A stretch of 62,407 nt of DNA, filler included, from Choristocarpus tenellus KU-1152 (Eukaryota; Protista; Phaeophyceae), in assembly GCA_964200185.2 (NCBI GenBank). It is 13 parts of 13 records of this genome, joined end to end, with 100 filler letters (N's around TTAATTAATTAA, not from the genome) between each part and the next. Parts side by side here need not be neighbours in the genome. Positions count along the whole stretch, not along the records: positions 1 to 10,381 come from CAXNAD020002961.1; positions 10,482 to 16,057 come from CAXNAD020010368.1; 11 more parts are not named here. One strand, 5' to 3'. The number at the start of each line of letters is the position of its first letter. Positions within the stretch are counted from its first letter, which is position 1. Both the position numbers and the translations under genes were made by a program. This document shows positions 1 through 13,600 of the stretch, piece after piece. The notes beneath the pieces were generated by a model. It saw only the letters and a list, made by a program, of their open reading frames with translations. It did not search any database and was not told where the DNA came from.

Positions 1-3000
1 CTGTGCCCCCAGCCAACCAGAATTCTTCCGCCCACAAAACTCAGTTTACTTCATAAACTCTCACTTTAGGTCTCAAGTAGCGTACATGCTTTGCTGCTAA
101 CAAACTACTACAGAGCAAGTATCAACACAATCCTTCCTGGGGCCGTCCCTTATGCAGTAAGGAAATCAGTTACCCGAAGATTGCTCATACACACATCTGG
201 GGCATATTTTCTGATAGTAACTCACGGTGGTTGAATTGCCTAATTTCATACGTTGATTCATTATATAATGAGTATATATATAATATAGTAAATGAGCAAA
301 AGTTTGGAAGTTTGACATTGTAACAACTGGTCAGGAATGGGAACCAATGCCCATACAATACGTAAGGACTTCATCGCTGATGCCAATCAAGATTCAGAAT
401 ACAAATCAACCACACAGGGATGGTATTAATTTTCGCAAACCTAATTTTTATATACCATAAAAGAGACAGCCCACACTTAAGATTGTCAACCTACACATGA
501 GAGTGCAAATAAATTATGCTTCTCTATCACAGTGCAATTCTCGATAAAACGCTCTCTAGAGTACCTAGTTTCAAATGAAAAAAAAAGTAGACAACTGTCA
601 ATTATATTGAAGTGGGTATGTCATCTATAGAGGGGTCATAAAATCAGACACCAACAGAGAACCAGTCAATAAGGTAGGGTGGAGGGGGCGAAGGTTGAAG
701 TTGAAGGATCGTTGCTGTGGTTTTGAATCAGGTAATGATTATTGAGTTCTACATGGGTCAAGAAACGCGCCTCCACATACCACCTGTATTGCAGTGTAAT
801 TGGTTTGGTTTTTCAGGTTTGAATGTTTGAGAATGGATTTGAAGTTATGGTTAGACGATTTGATCGAGTGACGGTATGTTGCATTGCTGAAGTTGTGCGG
901 TCTTCATCCTCTTATGTGTGGTTGACGCAGGGTTGTTGAACTTGCTGAGTTTCTGCAGTTGTAGGATGTACAAGTTGATTGCAGCGAGCAGGAAACGACA
1001 CTCCAGAAGTACGTCCAACACAAGACTCATTCGTTCACCTCATGTTCAAGTAGGGGAGACATCCGGCTTGAAGTAAGTTGTTACCAAGGAAGGGAAGGAT
1101 GCGGGCATGAAGCAAACACACTCTTGCAGCCACCAAAGCCACTATCAACACTACTACAGAACTATACCTTGATCAGGACCAGAAGAAACAAGAGTCGGTT
1201 GGAGTGGTGACAAGGGTGAACTGGTGTTTAGAGTACCCATTTTACACTGAAGTGAGAAGAACGAAGCTTATGACAATATGCAATAAAACACAAACCTCAT
1301 ACAGCAACCACTGGCTTGTGTCTTCTGGCACCAACGGCGTGCCCCACACATGCATTGTACACTCTTATGAGATTGCTGGGTATCTTTGGTATCTGCTGCG
1401 CATACAGTGATAAGCATGTTCTATAGAGTGCTGGATACCCTGCCAGTCCAGTTAGATAAGTACAGATCAATGTGGCATACTGAAGTGTATTAGGTGGAAC
1501 AATTGCAGCACCACAGTTGTGTTGTAGTGTTGCAGTATAGAAAACCTACAAAATTTGTAAAGAATTCTCAATCAAATCCTGACTGATCAAATACGTGACC
1601 TCAATCTATGTGTATCCAAAACTCTATGCAAACCTGACCGTACACTACATAGTACCTGTTGGGAAGAGGCTTCAGAGGAAATAAAACGCCACACGGTCCA
1701 ATCTTGGCTGCATAATCGCATTCAATGCCTTGTCTGTCCTCAACGGGACCCGGATGTCCTAATCTGCCCAATCTGCCCGTTCCAATACTAGCCTCGTTAC
1801 ACCCCAAAGAGGGACATACAGTTACTCTGTTTCCATCTCCAAGGTGTGGCCAATAGCAGAAGACAATGAGAATACACATTATATTATATCTTTCACTGGC
1901 ATTCACAACAGCTCAAACCACATACCCTATGTACACGTTCAAACTATAAAAATAGAAAATTGCCCCTAATGTTATGTGTGCGGCATCATTGCAGGCTAAC
2001 CATGTCGCCACTTCATGGGAAAATATTCTCCCTATTTTCTAACGTCACTGTTATGGGACATGAGTGCACAGTGACCGGCTTTCTGAAGCCTGGTCCACCA
2101 CTGTTGGTCAGGCGCCTCCCATGAAGTGCCATACACAGAAGCTATATATGAGCTGCATCTGTTACATCAACATCAAAAGAAAACAGTCTTAAACGAAGTC
2201 GTACTGAGACTGCATATCTCCAAAGTCATAGCCTGGCCACCTTCGGTAGGCAGCGAACAACTGGAAACTGCCATAGGCACCTGGAATGATCACTGACAAC
2301 CAAATACACAGACAAAATCACAAATACACATTTTCACAGGGTATGGGCCACATCGATGCACAGTGTGCGAAAAGGAGTCGGACAAGGGTTCGACACGAGT
2401 GCAGGGACAGTGGTGAGAGCGAGATATCGGAGGGCGGTGGCATGTAATCCCAGTCTGCGGAATCTAAGACAGAAGAAATGCATTCTCAATACAGTGTAAC
2501 AATTGGCGACTTTGAGCATTCTGCTTTGAGGGATACCACCTAATAAAAATGTCTATCCACACTGTTTTAATGGCAGGATTAATGTAGCAAAAGTAACTAG
2601 GTTGAGCCCAAGGAGATGTAAGCCTACATATTGAAGGTTTAGAGAAACGCTATTTGAACTAGAGTTCAAGGTAGAATAAAGGCGTCGACATGGATACGCG
2701 ACTCAGAGAGGAGAGGCAAAGATATCGGTACGGCTGCTCCCTGGTCCATGCATGATCGTGCATCTTGAGTCTTCCCAAGAGAATGACACACAGTGATGAA
2801 ATGGTGACCGATTCCCCAATTTTTTTCCCTTGCTTCTTGCTAGAACGTGACCTCATGGGAAGAATGGGTCTCTCTCTCACCAAGGCATGTAGCATATGTA
2901 CATTCTGCACAGTCTGTCATTTCCTACAGCATACCGCCCTTGGATTTATCCATGAAATGCAGGTCATGGGTATAGGACGGGTGAGACTATCTGCACTATG

Positions 3001-6000
3001 CACCCCATTTTCTGTACGGAAGGTCCTTCTCCGCCCCATGGCTCACCTACAACACCTAGAATAAGGAAGGCCAGAGATCCTGGGTAACCCTGTGCCACGA
3101 AGTCCACCGACGAGCATAGCAGTATCTAATCCATCGAAGCGGGAATCGTGATATTGGTCGAAGGAAGTAGGTGTTGCAATTTGACATAGCTGTGACCAGG
3201 CTTGCATATCGATTTCATGGAAGCATAAGCAAGTTCGTTTTTGAAGGCCCTGTATGTCATCAAGCACACCGTGAAATCTCATAGCGGTTGCATTGCCTCA
3301 CCAGGCCAAGTGTCAGGAGGGAGAATGCCGCACAACAGGTTCGAACTGGAATTCGGTCAGGGTTGTAGTTTTCTGAAACAAGGGATTCTGGGTGTGCAAT
3401 CTCCAGCGTCCCTCGCACAACCGAAGAGGCTTGTACAGTTGGTCCTCGTGGAGTCACCGAACTTCCGGCGACATTCGCCATTGAAACATTGAAACCAGCA
3501 ACTTTCTTGTGTTCGATAACTCTCCGTCAACCTGGGTTTCGACCGAAAATCCAGTAGTGTGGGTTGGAAACCCCGTCTTGTCCTTTTCCCACACTCAATA
3601 AACACTGGGTCCATAACAACGATGATAGATAGACAGAAATATACTTCGGGTTGTCCGTATACTACAATTGCCCAGTGTATGGCACGGGGTGCGACCAAGC
3701 ACAAGCACCCGTAAGCGATAAACCTGGGTATGAGTATGGAAAATTGAAAAGATCCTGTAGTTGACCATTCTGCGATTTGTGTGACAAAAACGACACTATT
3801 CAACCCACCTACCTACCCACCCGTGGTGATTTTGTTTGGGAGTCGCATTAATCGCGAGTCTGGTATAAGCATGCACAAAAATAGAAAGTGTGTCCCATTC
3901 CACACCAAAAAGGGCGATCCCTGAACTGGAAAAATGTTCCCTCCTGGTTTGCAGAGATATTAGTACCAAGGGATGGATAGTTGGGCAAGAACATGCTTGT
4001 AATTATGGCCCCTGGTCTTTGATGTCTTCGCACTAGGGGGTAGTAGAGAATTATTCCCTACTAGCCACCATGAAGGTCGAAGTTACACACAACCCCCATG
4101 ATTTAGCTGCTATATACTCCAAGTTGTATGTACATTCAACTTAATCACCAAATTCTACACTGAAGGAATAGACCCCTTAGCACAACCCATTCGTTCTGCC
4201 CAACCACAACGCATCCTTTCTACCCAGTCACAATCCCCTTTTGAGAATTTCCTGCTGGTGCTGCTGGGGCACCGTGGCTGGTGCTTCTCATCTTCTTCTC
4301 CCCAAGGCACAGACCACACAGCCCCTGCCTATGGTTTTTTTCCTAGTGCTTCTTGAGAACCGTAGCTACTTTGTGTGTGGCAGAAGTTCTCTATTTTCCA
4401 CAGCACGGTCTCAGTGGGTTTACCCATGCACTACCCCCTCGTACAGATCACACAGTCCCCCCTAGAGCCGTTCCTTGTGGTACTACTCAAGCCCTGTGCT
4501 TGATTAGTGTTGAACGTTCTTCTCCTCTTTTTCATCGAGAACCTCCACAGGCTTACCCAGGCACACACCCCTTTGCTCCTCCCTTCCTAGGACTGCTGGA
4601 GCACAGGCACAACTGACTGGCATAGCTTCCTCTCCTCTTTCCCCCACGACACAGCGACAGTATTCTGCCCTGCAGTATCCCATCTTGGCCGTAGAGGTTG
4701 ACAGTAGCTTATATGGTTGTGGCAAGTGAGGCACAGGAGTACTTCACAGGATTTCCACTCAACAGCAATGTCACACCGGGTTAGTCTGACTAAATGCAAG
4801 TAATTCCCTTGGCACCAGGAGGAAGAGCACCTTCACCACATATTTGTACGAGTAAGAGACATGAACACAGCAACACAAATAAAGTGCAGACTACGATCCC
4901 ACCATCCCTCTGCTTACAATGAATTGACTGGATCTCAATCTCCAACTTTTTCCACGTATTGATTGGAAGGTCCAGTAAATGGAGGTCCTTATCTCCATAC
5001 ACCTCACATAGACCTTGAACGACACTCTCACATGATCCATTCCGATTGGCAGGAAGTATCTTAGGTTGCAAAAGTGCTTTTCATCAGGATAATTGCCTAC
5101 AAATTCCACTCTCTGGCAGGCCTCATCACTGGGAATAGTGAGTTTGAACAGAGGGGAAAAGAGCGCTAACTGTCACCGGTTGTTGAGGGTACTGGGTGCG
5201 AACCAAGTCAACCATTCCCAGGAATACTCGCCTACCTAGTGTGCTGCAAGGAAAGGAAAGTGCCCATTCACAATTCCTTCGGGTATCAAAATGAAAAAGT
5301 GAAGAGATTGCGCAGTTCGCCACTGGCAATTTGGGGCGCAAAAACGTCCCTACCCCGGGCAGTCAGCTATCAGTTATAAGAATGAACAATAAGTTGATTG
5401 TTGCCTTAATCCTACTGTTATTGAACATGCACCCCCTTCTATTCAATATGCTCAAGCGTTGCGTTTGTTGGATGGCGCTGGCCAGACTATAGTATGAGGC
5501 CTTTGCTCTATGTTGTCGTTACTTATTAATTCAACTTCAAGAGGTAGGAATATGATACCTGAACATTGATGATAGTTGGGAATTACACGTCAACACGAAA
5601 CATATTCGACTGAGTTGCCACCTTTGAATATTTCGGGACTTGTTTATCCTACGAAATGCTTGTCAGAGTGAGAAGGCTACTTTAATCACGTGATTGGACA
5701 CAATACTACAACATTCCATTGTGGCTTTGAGTTTGGGGGGGATATTGAAAGACATTGCTTTGATAGGGATGTTAATATTGAACAAACTCGTTGAGGTAAA
5801 GGAGTATCTTTGGTACCTTCCACAGTCTATGAAAACATTATTTACAAAGGAGGAACGAGAAATTAACAGAATATGGATAACTTCAGCTTGTCAGATAAAC
5901 CCTTTCAAGAGGTCCGCCAATCTGGTCGGCGCGATGGAGAAAGCACTAACGGTGAAGAATAAACGAGACGCAGACAACATTAAGAATCCTAACAAACAAC

Positions 6001-6473
6001 AACACGATTTGGTTGGTGCAACTTGACAACATCATACGCCTTCACCTTCAAGTGGTGCTCTATTGACGTTTTGTTAATAGGAAACTGTTCATAACTACGC
6101 TCAGGTTATTAATATTATTTTATAGTGTGCGTTGTAAGTATGTTTAAATGGTTGAATCTCTTGTCGAACTATGGCAGAGAAAGCCTTCCTGCTTCTGAAG
6201 AACACGAGAGACGAAATTTGGTATTGGAAGACAGATAATCGACACTGTTTGGGACCGTGAGTGTAGCAGTAAACGAAGACCTATAGAAATCTTTCTAGAC
6301 TTGACTCTGGCGAATAAAGTTGGGCACTCGAGTTCTATCTACTTGAGCTGGGAGAGGTAGGGAGGTGTGGTCAACCCACAACGTGCTTGGTTAGGATTGA
6401 AGGAGCTTAAACTTGGACATACGGGCTTAGGGGGAGGAACGGAGGGAGTCCAGTGTCGCTCCCGACGGAAGCA

Positions 6474-9160
6474 ATGGATTTCATCGAACAACAAGTTCTG
6501 CAACAGCCTGAGCTGGCGGGAAAATACACTGAATTGGGGGAGCTTTATACGAAAAAGTGAGGTCTCTGCAGGATATGTCTTGAACATTCGATCTAATGCA
6601 AGGGATCATGTGGATGGTTTGGTCTCTCACTATGACCAGAAAAGGGAAGTAGCCCAGTATTTACCACTGACACATGTTATTCCTGTAACAGAACAGACCG
6701 ATAACCTTCAGCTCTCTTGTCAACTGGCTTACCTGCCAACAGGATTACCTCTGCGATATGACTTATTGTTGCCAGCATTCTGTTTGATGACATGGGGCAG
6801 GGCAAGCAAGGGGTGAAGAGCATTGTGTCTGCTTAAAGACGAGGTGCTCGTATGGGATATAAGACTCCGCCACAAGCTTTCAGATAACTTATCTTATGAG
6901 CGTCGAAAAACTTGGTTGGATGGGAGAGGCCAGTTGGACCAACGTTGATTTGTCATCCGTATGCTAGGTTCCATCTCATTGTGGCCAAGAACGACTGCCA
7001 TTTACACTGCTTACTATTGTAGGTCCAGGAAGAAGGCGCAATGGTCGTCCAAATGATATACCGCAATTTTAACAAGGATCTAGACCCTTGCCTCCTTTCA
7101 TTCTTTGGGGGTCATGGCATTTGGGGTAGGCAGTAAGTGCCTAGGATTAAGAGGTACTCACCCATTTTGTGCAAAATTACTTTAACATTGTTTAGGCATA
7201 AGGATTTCTGCTAAGTTAGTATCACTGGTGCAAGTGCAGACACTCTCCACTAACAGGTAGAGTATTGTCAGAGTCCTTAGTAACCACAAGACTTTCAGCT
7301 TAAGCTTCTGACAATCTTTATTTCGATGGACCAATACCAATAATGTCCTCTGGAACACAACAACTGCATCCTAAATCTCCCCCAACAGCAGTTGAAGTGG
7401 GAAGGTGAGTGTTCAATTTTTATCTTTCTTGGGTGCTGTGGCAATGCTGGATTTGTTTGAAGAGAGCACCTCTGACAGGAGCAATATGTTCAATCCTTTT
7501 CATCCCAATGAGTTGCTCTGTACCCACATAAAGAAATAGACAGTTGATGGAGAGTTACAAAGCAATGCTCTATCATGAGGACTACTGTACGCATTTCTGT
7601 TTGAACAAAATGTCTACATGTTCTTGCTTGATAAAAATACCTAAATGCATGCACATAGTGCACCCTCACGCAAGATGAGTATGTACCTCTTGTGTACAGC
7701 CAGTCATAATTTGGCGATCTTCACCAGTGGAGGGTTGTGTTTTCTTTTTAATTGAGCACAGATGCGTACGTTTGTATGGTAATGAGGTCCTCATTTTTTA
7801 ACTTATGTATTTGTAAGCCTTTCTGTTGAGTATGAGATCGAAAACAAATTCCCTCACGGCACTATTTCCCCTTGTTTCCACTTCCTGCTTTGCTGGGTAT
7901 GGAATATCCCTCCTCCCCATGTTACTTACTCCCCTGTCCAGGTTGTGGCATCAGGTCACCATTGCACTACAGGCTTTTGTCACAGATCCGGCTTGTGTGA
8001 AGGCAGGGGGGCTGGTACGGCTGTGCACTGAGTTTGTTAGCAAGTTTGAGGGGAAGCTCAACCAGCTGCGATTTGTACAAATACTGGCTGCTGTGGGGAG
8101 GACATGTGATGGTAATTGAAGAGGCATTATGCGGTGGTCCTTCCTGCAGTTCCCAAAGTTGGCCATCCATGAGGTTGGGCTTTTTATGTCTGTTAATAAA
8201 TTGTTGAAATTTCTGTAGGAGCACGGTGTATGCTTATCCTGTTCGCTTCATATTCTGAGATATTTTTTTTCAGCAGAGTGTGTAGGGTTACTTGTATGAA
8301 GCTAAGATGCCAAGAACTGAGACAATTCTCCCTCTAAGACATTGCTGTCGGGGATACAATACATTAGACTTGGAGCATAAGGGTTTTGCTTGTCCTTGAG
8401 AGTGGCTATTCAACTAGTGTGAGGTGCAAGATTCACCGCTCATTATACGTAGACAAAAAGCTTACACTGAAGAAATAGGTCAGCTCACTCTCCATTGCCT
8501 TACATATCTTTAGTTGCCCAGAAAGCTAGCAGGGAACTCTCCTCGGTATATGCATAATTTTTGTACTCTCTTTCTGTCTCAAATGCTTGTCTGTGTGATG
8601 CTTGGATAAGTCCCCCAATCTGCCTCCCAGTCATGCCTGTCTTCTCATCCTGTATGCATCAGTCGTAACCAACTCACCCTCACAAACTCTGTTCTTTTGC
8701 AATTTCTGGCATTGAGTCTCTACCTCATACCTTGTCACTTGCAAAAGCTGCTGCAAATGTCCACAAGAAGTCGCTACCATGTGCTGTCTGTGTTGGATGT
8801 TTTAATTAATTGGTACACCACAATGGCAGTCAGCTCATGTTGTGCCTCCCTCCTCCCCTGACCCCATGTCCAGCACATTTTGTAAACAAAAGACTTTCAC
8901 CATGTGATATTTAAAACATGCCACCACCCCTTAGAAACAACTTCCCGACAAACCTCCCCTACCCCTCTCTGTTTTGCCCCAAAGACCGATTGCAGGTATC
9001 TCAACTGTTTGAAACAGCCCTTGAAAAGAAGGGAAGACTGGGGCCTGAGGCATCACTGATGCTGGAGAGTGAACTGGGGCTAGTTCGTCTAGCTGAGGGT
9101 AAGACAGATGAGGTCAAGGTTATGATACTGGAGGGAAAGGCTGCCGTTGATGATCTGCAG
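6474..9160 (+). CDS. PSMD13: 26S proteasome non-ATPase regulatory subunit 13 (Rpn9), 5' part; exons 6474-6556, 7942-8111, 8985-9160; remaining exons not found before the contig end
   Basis: GT-AG, phase-compatible splicing gives MDFIEQQVLQQPELAGKYTELGELYTKK|LWHQVTIALQAFV...FVSKFEGKLNQLRFVQI...|DRLQVSQLFE...GKAAVDDLQ. The LY.KKLWHQ.T and F..KLN.L motifs are typical of the Rpn9 N-terminus. Confidence 0.9.
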
Positions 9161-10381
9161 GTGGGTTGGCACACTATTTTGTGTTTGTTGTGGACTTTCA
9201 TTCTTCCTGATTATCTTCCCTGTTTATGACCCTTCTGTTCTCGGGCTGGTCGTTTTCCCCCCTCCAACTGTTGATGCGTTGTCCTTATTTTGATCTTACG
9301 GTGGAGGGCAGATATTGCGTGTCTTTAACAGTTGTGGAACTCTATTTTACTATGTGAGAATACAACAGAGTTTGAGATGGTGAGCAGATGTGCACGAGCA
9401 AAACTCAGGTTAAGGTATAGTTGGTTCGAACCTGCTCACTATTCGTAATCAAAATTTAACTGAAGGGTGGTTGTTTACAGTATTGCATAGAACACTCACA
9501 GAAAGTTATTGAGATTTTTAAGAACATGAGAAACAAGACGACCAGGCGTACAAGATCAAAGATGAGGGACAATTGTATAGCTGGTTAGACCAGGTATGAG
9601 ACAGATCCAATGAAACGTTTGTGTTGGGATGCGAACAGGTGGCATGAGCACACACTCGAGACCAAGACTTGGTCCCCGAAATATGAACTCCCACAGCTCT
9701 ACATAACGATCAGACCCATGATCCAGAAGAGAGCTAATGCTCAACATAAATCAGCTTCAGCCTGTTAGAGCTGGTCAAACCCTTGGCTGTGTGGGTATTG
9801 GGTTTATAGATGGAATAATTTATAGCAGTTGTAACCACAAAGGAGTTTAAAAAATGACAAGGATTAATGCGACAAAGTGCATGAGTACAATAGTTATGTA
9901 CAGACAGATGGACACATTGTTGGTGAATGGGAATCACTTATCTTTATACTTGAAGTGACTTCTGCAGTCCTTGTAATTACTTTGAAGTAGTTCCTTGAAT
10001 GTATTAGAGCTACTTCTTGGGTTAGTTGGGTTGGTCAGTAGGGAAGGAAAAATTTAGGAGAGCATGATGTTTTGACAGATGCCACAGCACTCCAACGAGA
10101 GAGCAAAGACAGTCCATCCTTATGGTTGTTGCTAACATACTTCTGTGCTTCCTCTGTTGCTGATCTATCCTCCCCACACATACTGTCTACCTGCCCCACT
10201 CTACACCAGGTAGTTTGCAGGACCTACCTCACTGCAATTTCTTGGAACTTTCCTTTCTTCTTAGCTTCGAAGATGATTTCACCAATACATGAACTTTAGA
10301 ATAGGGTCAGAAATACCCTTCACCCTGCCCACCCACCCCCCCCCCCTCCCCCCCTTGCTGCTGCTGTCACCCTTTGCACAC

Positions 10382-10481
10382 NNNNNNNNNNNNNNNNNNN
10401 NNNNNNNNNNNNNNNNNNNNNNNNNTTAATTAATTAANNNNNNNNNNNNNNNNNNNNNNNNNNNNNNNNNNNNNNNNNNNN
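10382..10481. other. Artificial contig linker (also at 16058, 18807, 21549, 24448, 28929, 33706, 39440, 44851, 47981, 53235, 58785; 100 nt each)
   Basis: Identical N-run/TTAATTAATTAA/N-run spacer. The palindrome puts stop codons in all six frames. Confidence 0.98.
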
Positions 10482-10611
10482 GTTTGGACGGGACGATGGC
10501 CCACCCTGGTGAGGAAAGACCCCCTGAGGTTTCTTAAACTTTCCGTCTCGTATGCCTCACCCCCCCCCCCCCCTCCCCCCCCAACACAAAGACAGGTTGA
10601 TCGCAATAGGA

Positions 10612-13600
10612 CTAGTAGACATCTCTCCAAAGGTTCTTGCTCTCGGGTACAGAGCTCCTTCTACTCACCAGAGTCTTCGCTGCTGCGTAGAGCACGCCGC
10701 CAAGGAGGCTGATCCCAACGCAGACACTATTGTTGTTTGACACAGACCTCCCTACAAACATGAAACGCCCAATGATCGTTGATGGGATCTGAAACAAACG
10801 GCAAGAAGCACGGAAGCTCTCTCGGTTAGCAGCACTACCCAAAGGCAGCAGCAGCAGCAGTGAGGCGATAGATGTGGTCAGAGGACGGATGACAGACAGG
10901 TAAGCAGTTGCTTGTGGACAGATGACATGGTGTTGTCGTGAGATTGATCACTCTGGGAAAAATAACACCTAGGCACATCACCGTTCACAGGGCCCGCAGT
11001 TCACGCATACATTTACAACACCTGAAAGAGGGGGGCCTCTGCATCAGAGAGTCAAAAGTATCTTAAGATGGTAGAGCCGCGTCCGTTTGGGGTCCGAAAT
11101 CCAAATGTTGTGATCTTGTTGTAATTCCGGTTATATTGTGTTTGTTAAGGAAGTGTCAATATCCTTGTTTTGGTGACGCCTTTTCATGACGTGTACATGT
11201 TGCCTGTTCCGAGACATTTCGGAGTGGTAGGTAAAATGTCGTAAGAAACCTGCGGCAACCCAAGCCCAATTTTTTTTTGACAAAACAGGGCAAAACACTC
11301 GTACCCTCTTTAAGATACTTTCACCCGGAACACGAGCACGAGCAATGTGTACCTTAGAAAGATTTCCTGTGATGCTGTACGTGGATGCTGAGGTGCATTC
11401 AATGCACCACAGGGCCACCAGATTGATTCCGAATCCCACAACACCTGCCAAGCAAGACATTTACACCGTAGTAGTAATATTGAGGAAGGTATGTGCATTC
11501 TTACTCTTGCACCAAAGTGAGGAAAACCCCACAAGGACAGCCAGCAGTTAAACGCCTGGAAAGGGGATGCAAAACCGAGTGTAAAAAAATAGTGATTTAT
11601 TTGTTGCACTCTGAAGGGGATCCATTTATTTATTTATTAAAACAGCTTGGAAAAAAAAAGACATAATTCGGGACATATTCTCACCTACAAGTAGGTTGAG
11701 GCCTACATATTGCCACGACTTCAAGGCCCCACTCTCTAGCAGAGAAGACACCTCACCCTTGGCCAGCACTGCTGGGGCCAGCAGCAGCACTCCTGACAAA
11801 ACATGCGGAGGGGCAATCATTGGGAATAGGTGTAAAGGCACCGAAACTGTCTTTAATGTATCTATCAGTGAAGACACAAGAAACTGGGGGCGGGGAAGGC
11901 TCAACAAGGTATACTACCTGACTCATCATGTTGATTTCGATCTTGACATGGTAGGTAGACATCTGACAACAGATAATTACCCGATGATGTTCTTTCAACG
12001 CTAATGATTACCTCCTCAGGACATCCTGGAAAAGCTTGACGCGCACACAACAGAATATCAGAAAAACAAGCGTTACTACTACTGTTTACATCTCCCGCCA
12101 AATATTTCTATCACTATTTCTATCACTATTTCTATCAGTCACTGTGGTCAAAGGTTCAATTCTCCTTTAATTTCCGACAAATGAGTCAACGGGCATCAGT
12201 GCATACTTGACATGTAAGGTAGAGTAAGACCCTTTATTACCCAATGTGCTTACCACTCACAGCAAAAATAAATAAATATTTGGAATGAGTAGGCCGCCTT
12301 TCCAGGTTCAAGATGAAGTACCTATCTCAAGACCAGGTGGAACTCAAAAGTCCCAGCAAGTAGAGATATATGACCTTCAAAACATGTAACATAAACTCCA
12401 GTGGTGCATTTTTTTAGGGTTACCAACTTGGGAAAGTCCTCACCCAGAGTGTTGTTGTATTTCACCATGCCTAAGCGTGAGAGCTTGATGAAGCGAGTAG
12501 CAAACTTCAAGTAGATAATGTAGCTGGCCGTTGAAAACACATTAGCTACCATCCAGAACAATCCCCAACCATTCCTGGCAGACAATGAACGACCATGAAA
12601 AGGGAGTCAGACAAGAAGACAAAAAAAAAAACTAGTCCAGAGACCTACAAAATTAAGGATGGGGGACATTGAGAACAGACAGCAACAAAGACTGCTAATT
12701 AGATACATCCACCCTTTAGTTTCCTCTGTGACCACCAAACCTTATCACCACACTATATTTTGGAGCTGAGATGCCTGGAAAAGAACAAATCAGAGTGTAT
12801 ACATTGTCGTTTGTGACACCTGCTTTCAATCCTCTATGCAGAATTAGTCCTAACATGAGAAAGAAAGTTTGCAAGAATTTGAGGTTCATTTTGTCGAGAA
12901 CTTGAGAAAAGATTGAGTCGTGTGTCTTGCAGTATAGCAAGGAACAGGGTGCCAGCTGTTGCCCATCAACATAAACATCAACATGCAGAAAAAGGATGCC
13001 AAGAACTCAGCAGTTAGAACCTTGAAAACAAAAATGGTGGTAAACTGGATGGTAGTGTTTATAGTGACTTGGGGAATGATTGAATGAATGGACAAGCGGA
13101 AAATTATTATTTTCGAATGGTGGTCACAACCCAACGCTAATGTTTTAGCAGGGTTCGGATCTTTGTAGTATGACCTGCTCACCTGGAAAAACACGCATAC
13201 AAAATCAGCACCCCGTAACTCTGGTTTGCCCTCTTAGCATTGAATGACTGCTAAAGTAGTACTGAATAGGTGCTCTACTTTAAGTATGATATAATTTTCA
13301 TCCATATATATGCCCATCAAGGAACAGCCGCATGCCCTGGTCACAGTTACAACAGCCTCAATAGGGTACACTGAGACTTTTGAAAATACCGACTGCTGCA
13401 AACGAATGTAAGGATAGTACATACTACATGCCATAAAGCATACAAGGGCAATGAAGTACAATCTACGGTGAGAGTTGTCATTAAGAGAACACCCTCATCC
13501 TTCAGGCGTTTGGGCGTAAAATTGCCCTCTTCATCGCTCTCCGTTTGAACCTCTGACTGGATACATATCCGTGCAAGTATACTTGAACCTCTCGAAACTT

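Noticed and set aside
715-800. C2H2 zinc finger on the minus strand (C...C..RFLTHVELNNHYLIQNH)
   Set aside because: Needs frameshifts and has no supporting gene structure.
6171-6256. Extra upstream coding exon of PSMD13
   Set aside because: Phase-compatible with an AG at 6429-6430, but that acceptor has no pyrimidine tract and the peptide has no Rpn9 similarity.
10426-10437. Recurrent TTAATTAATTAA palindrome as a biological repeat or CRISPR-like array
   Set aside because: Always embedded in identical N padding; it is an assembly linker.
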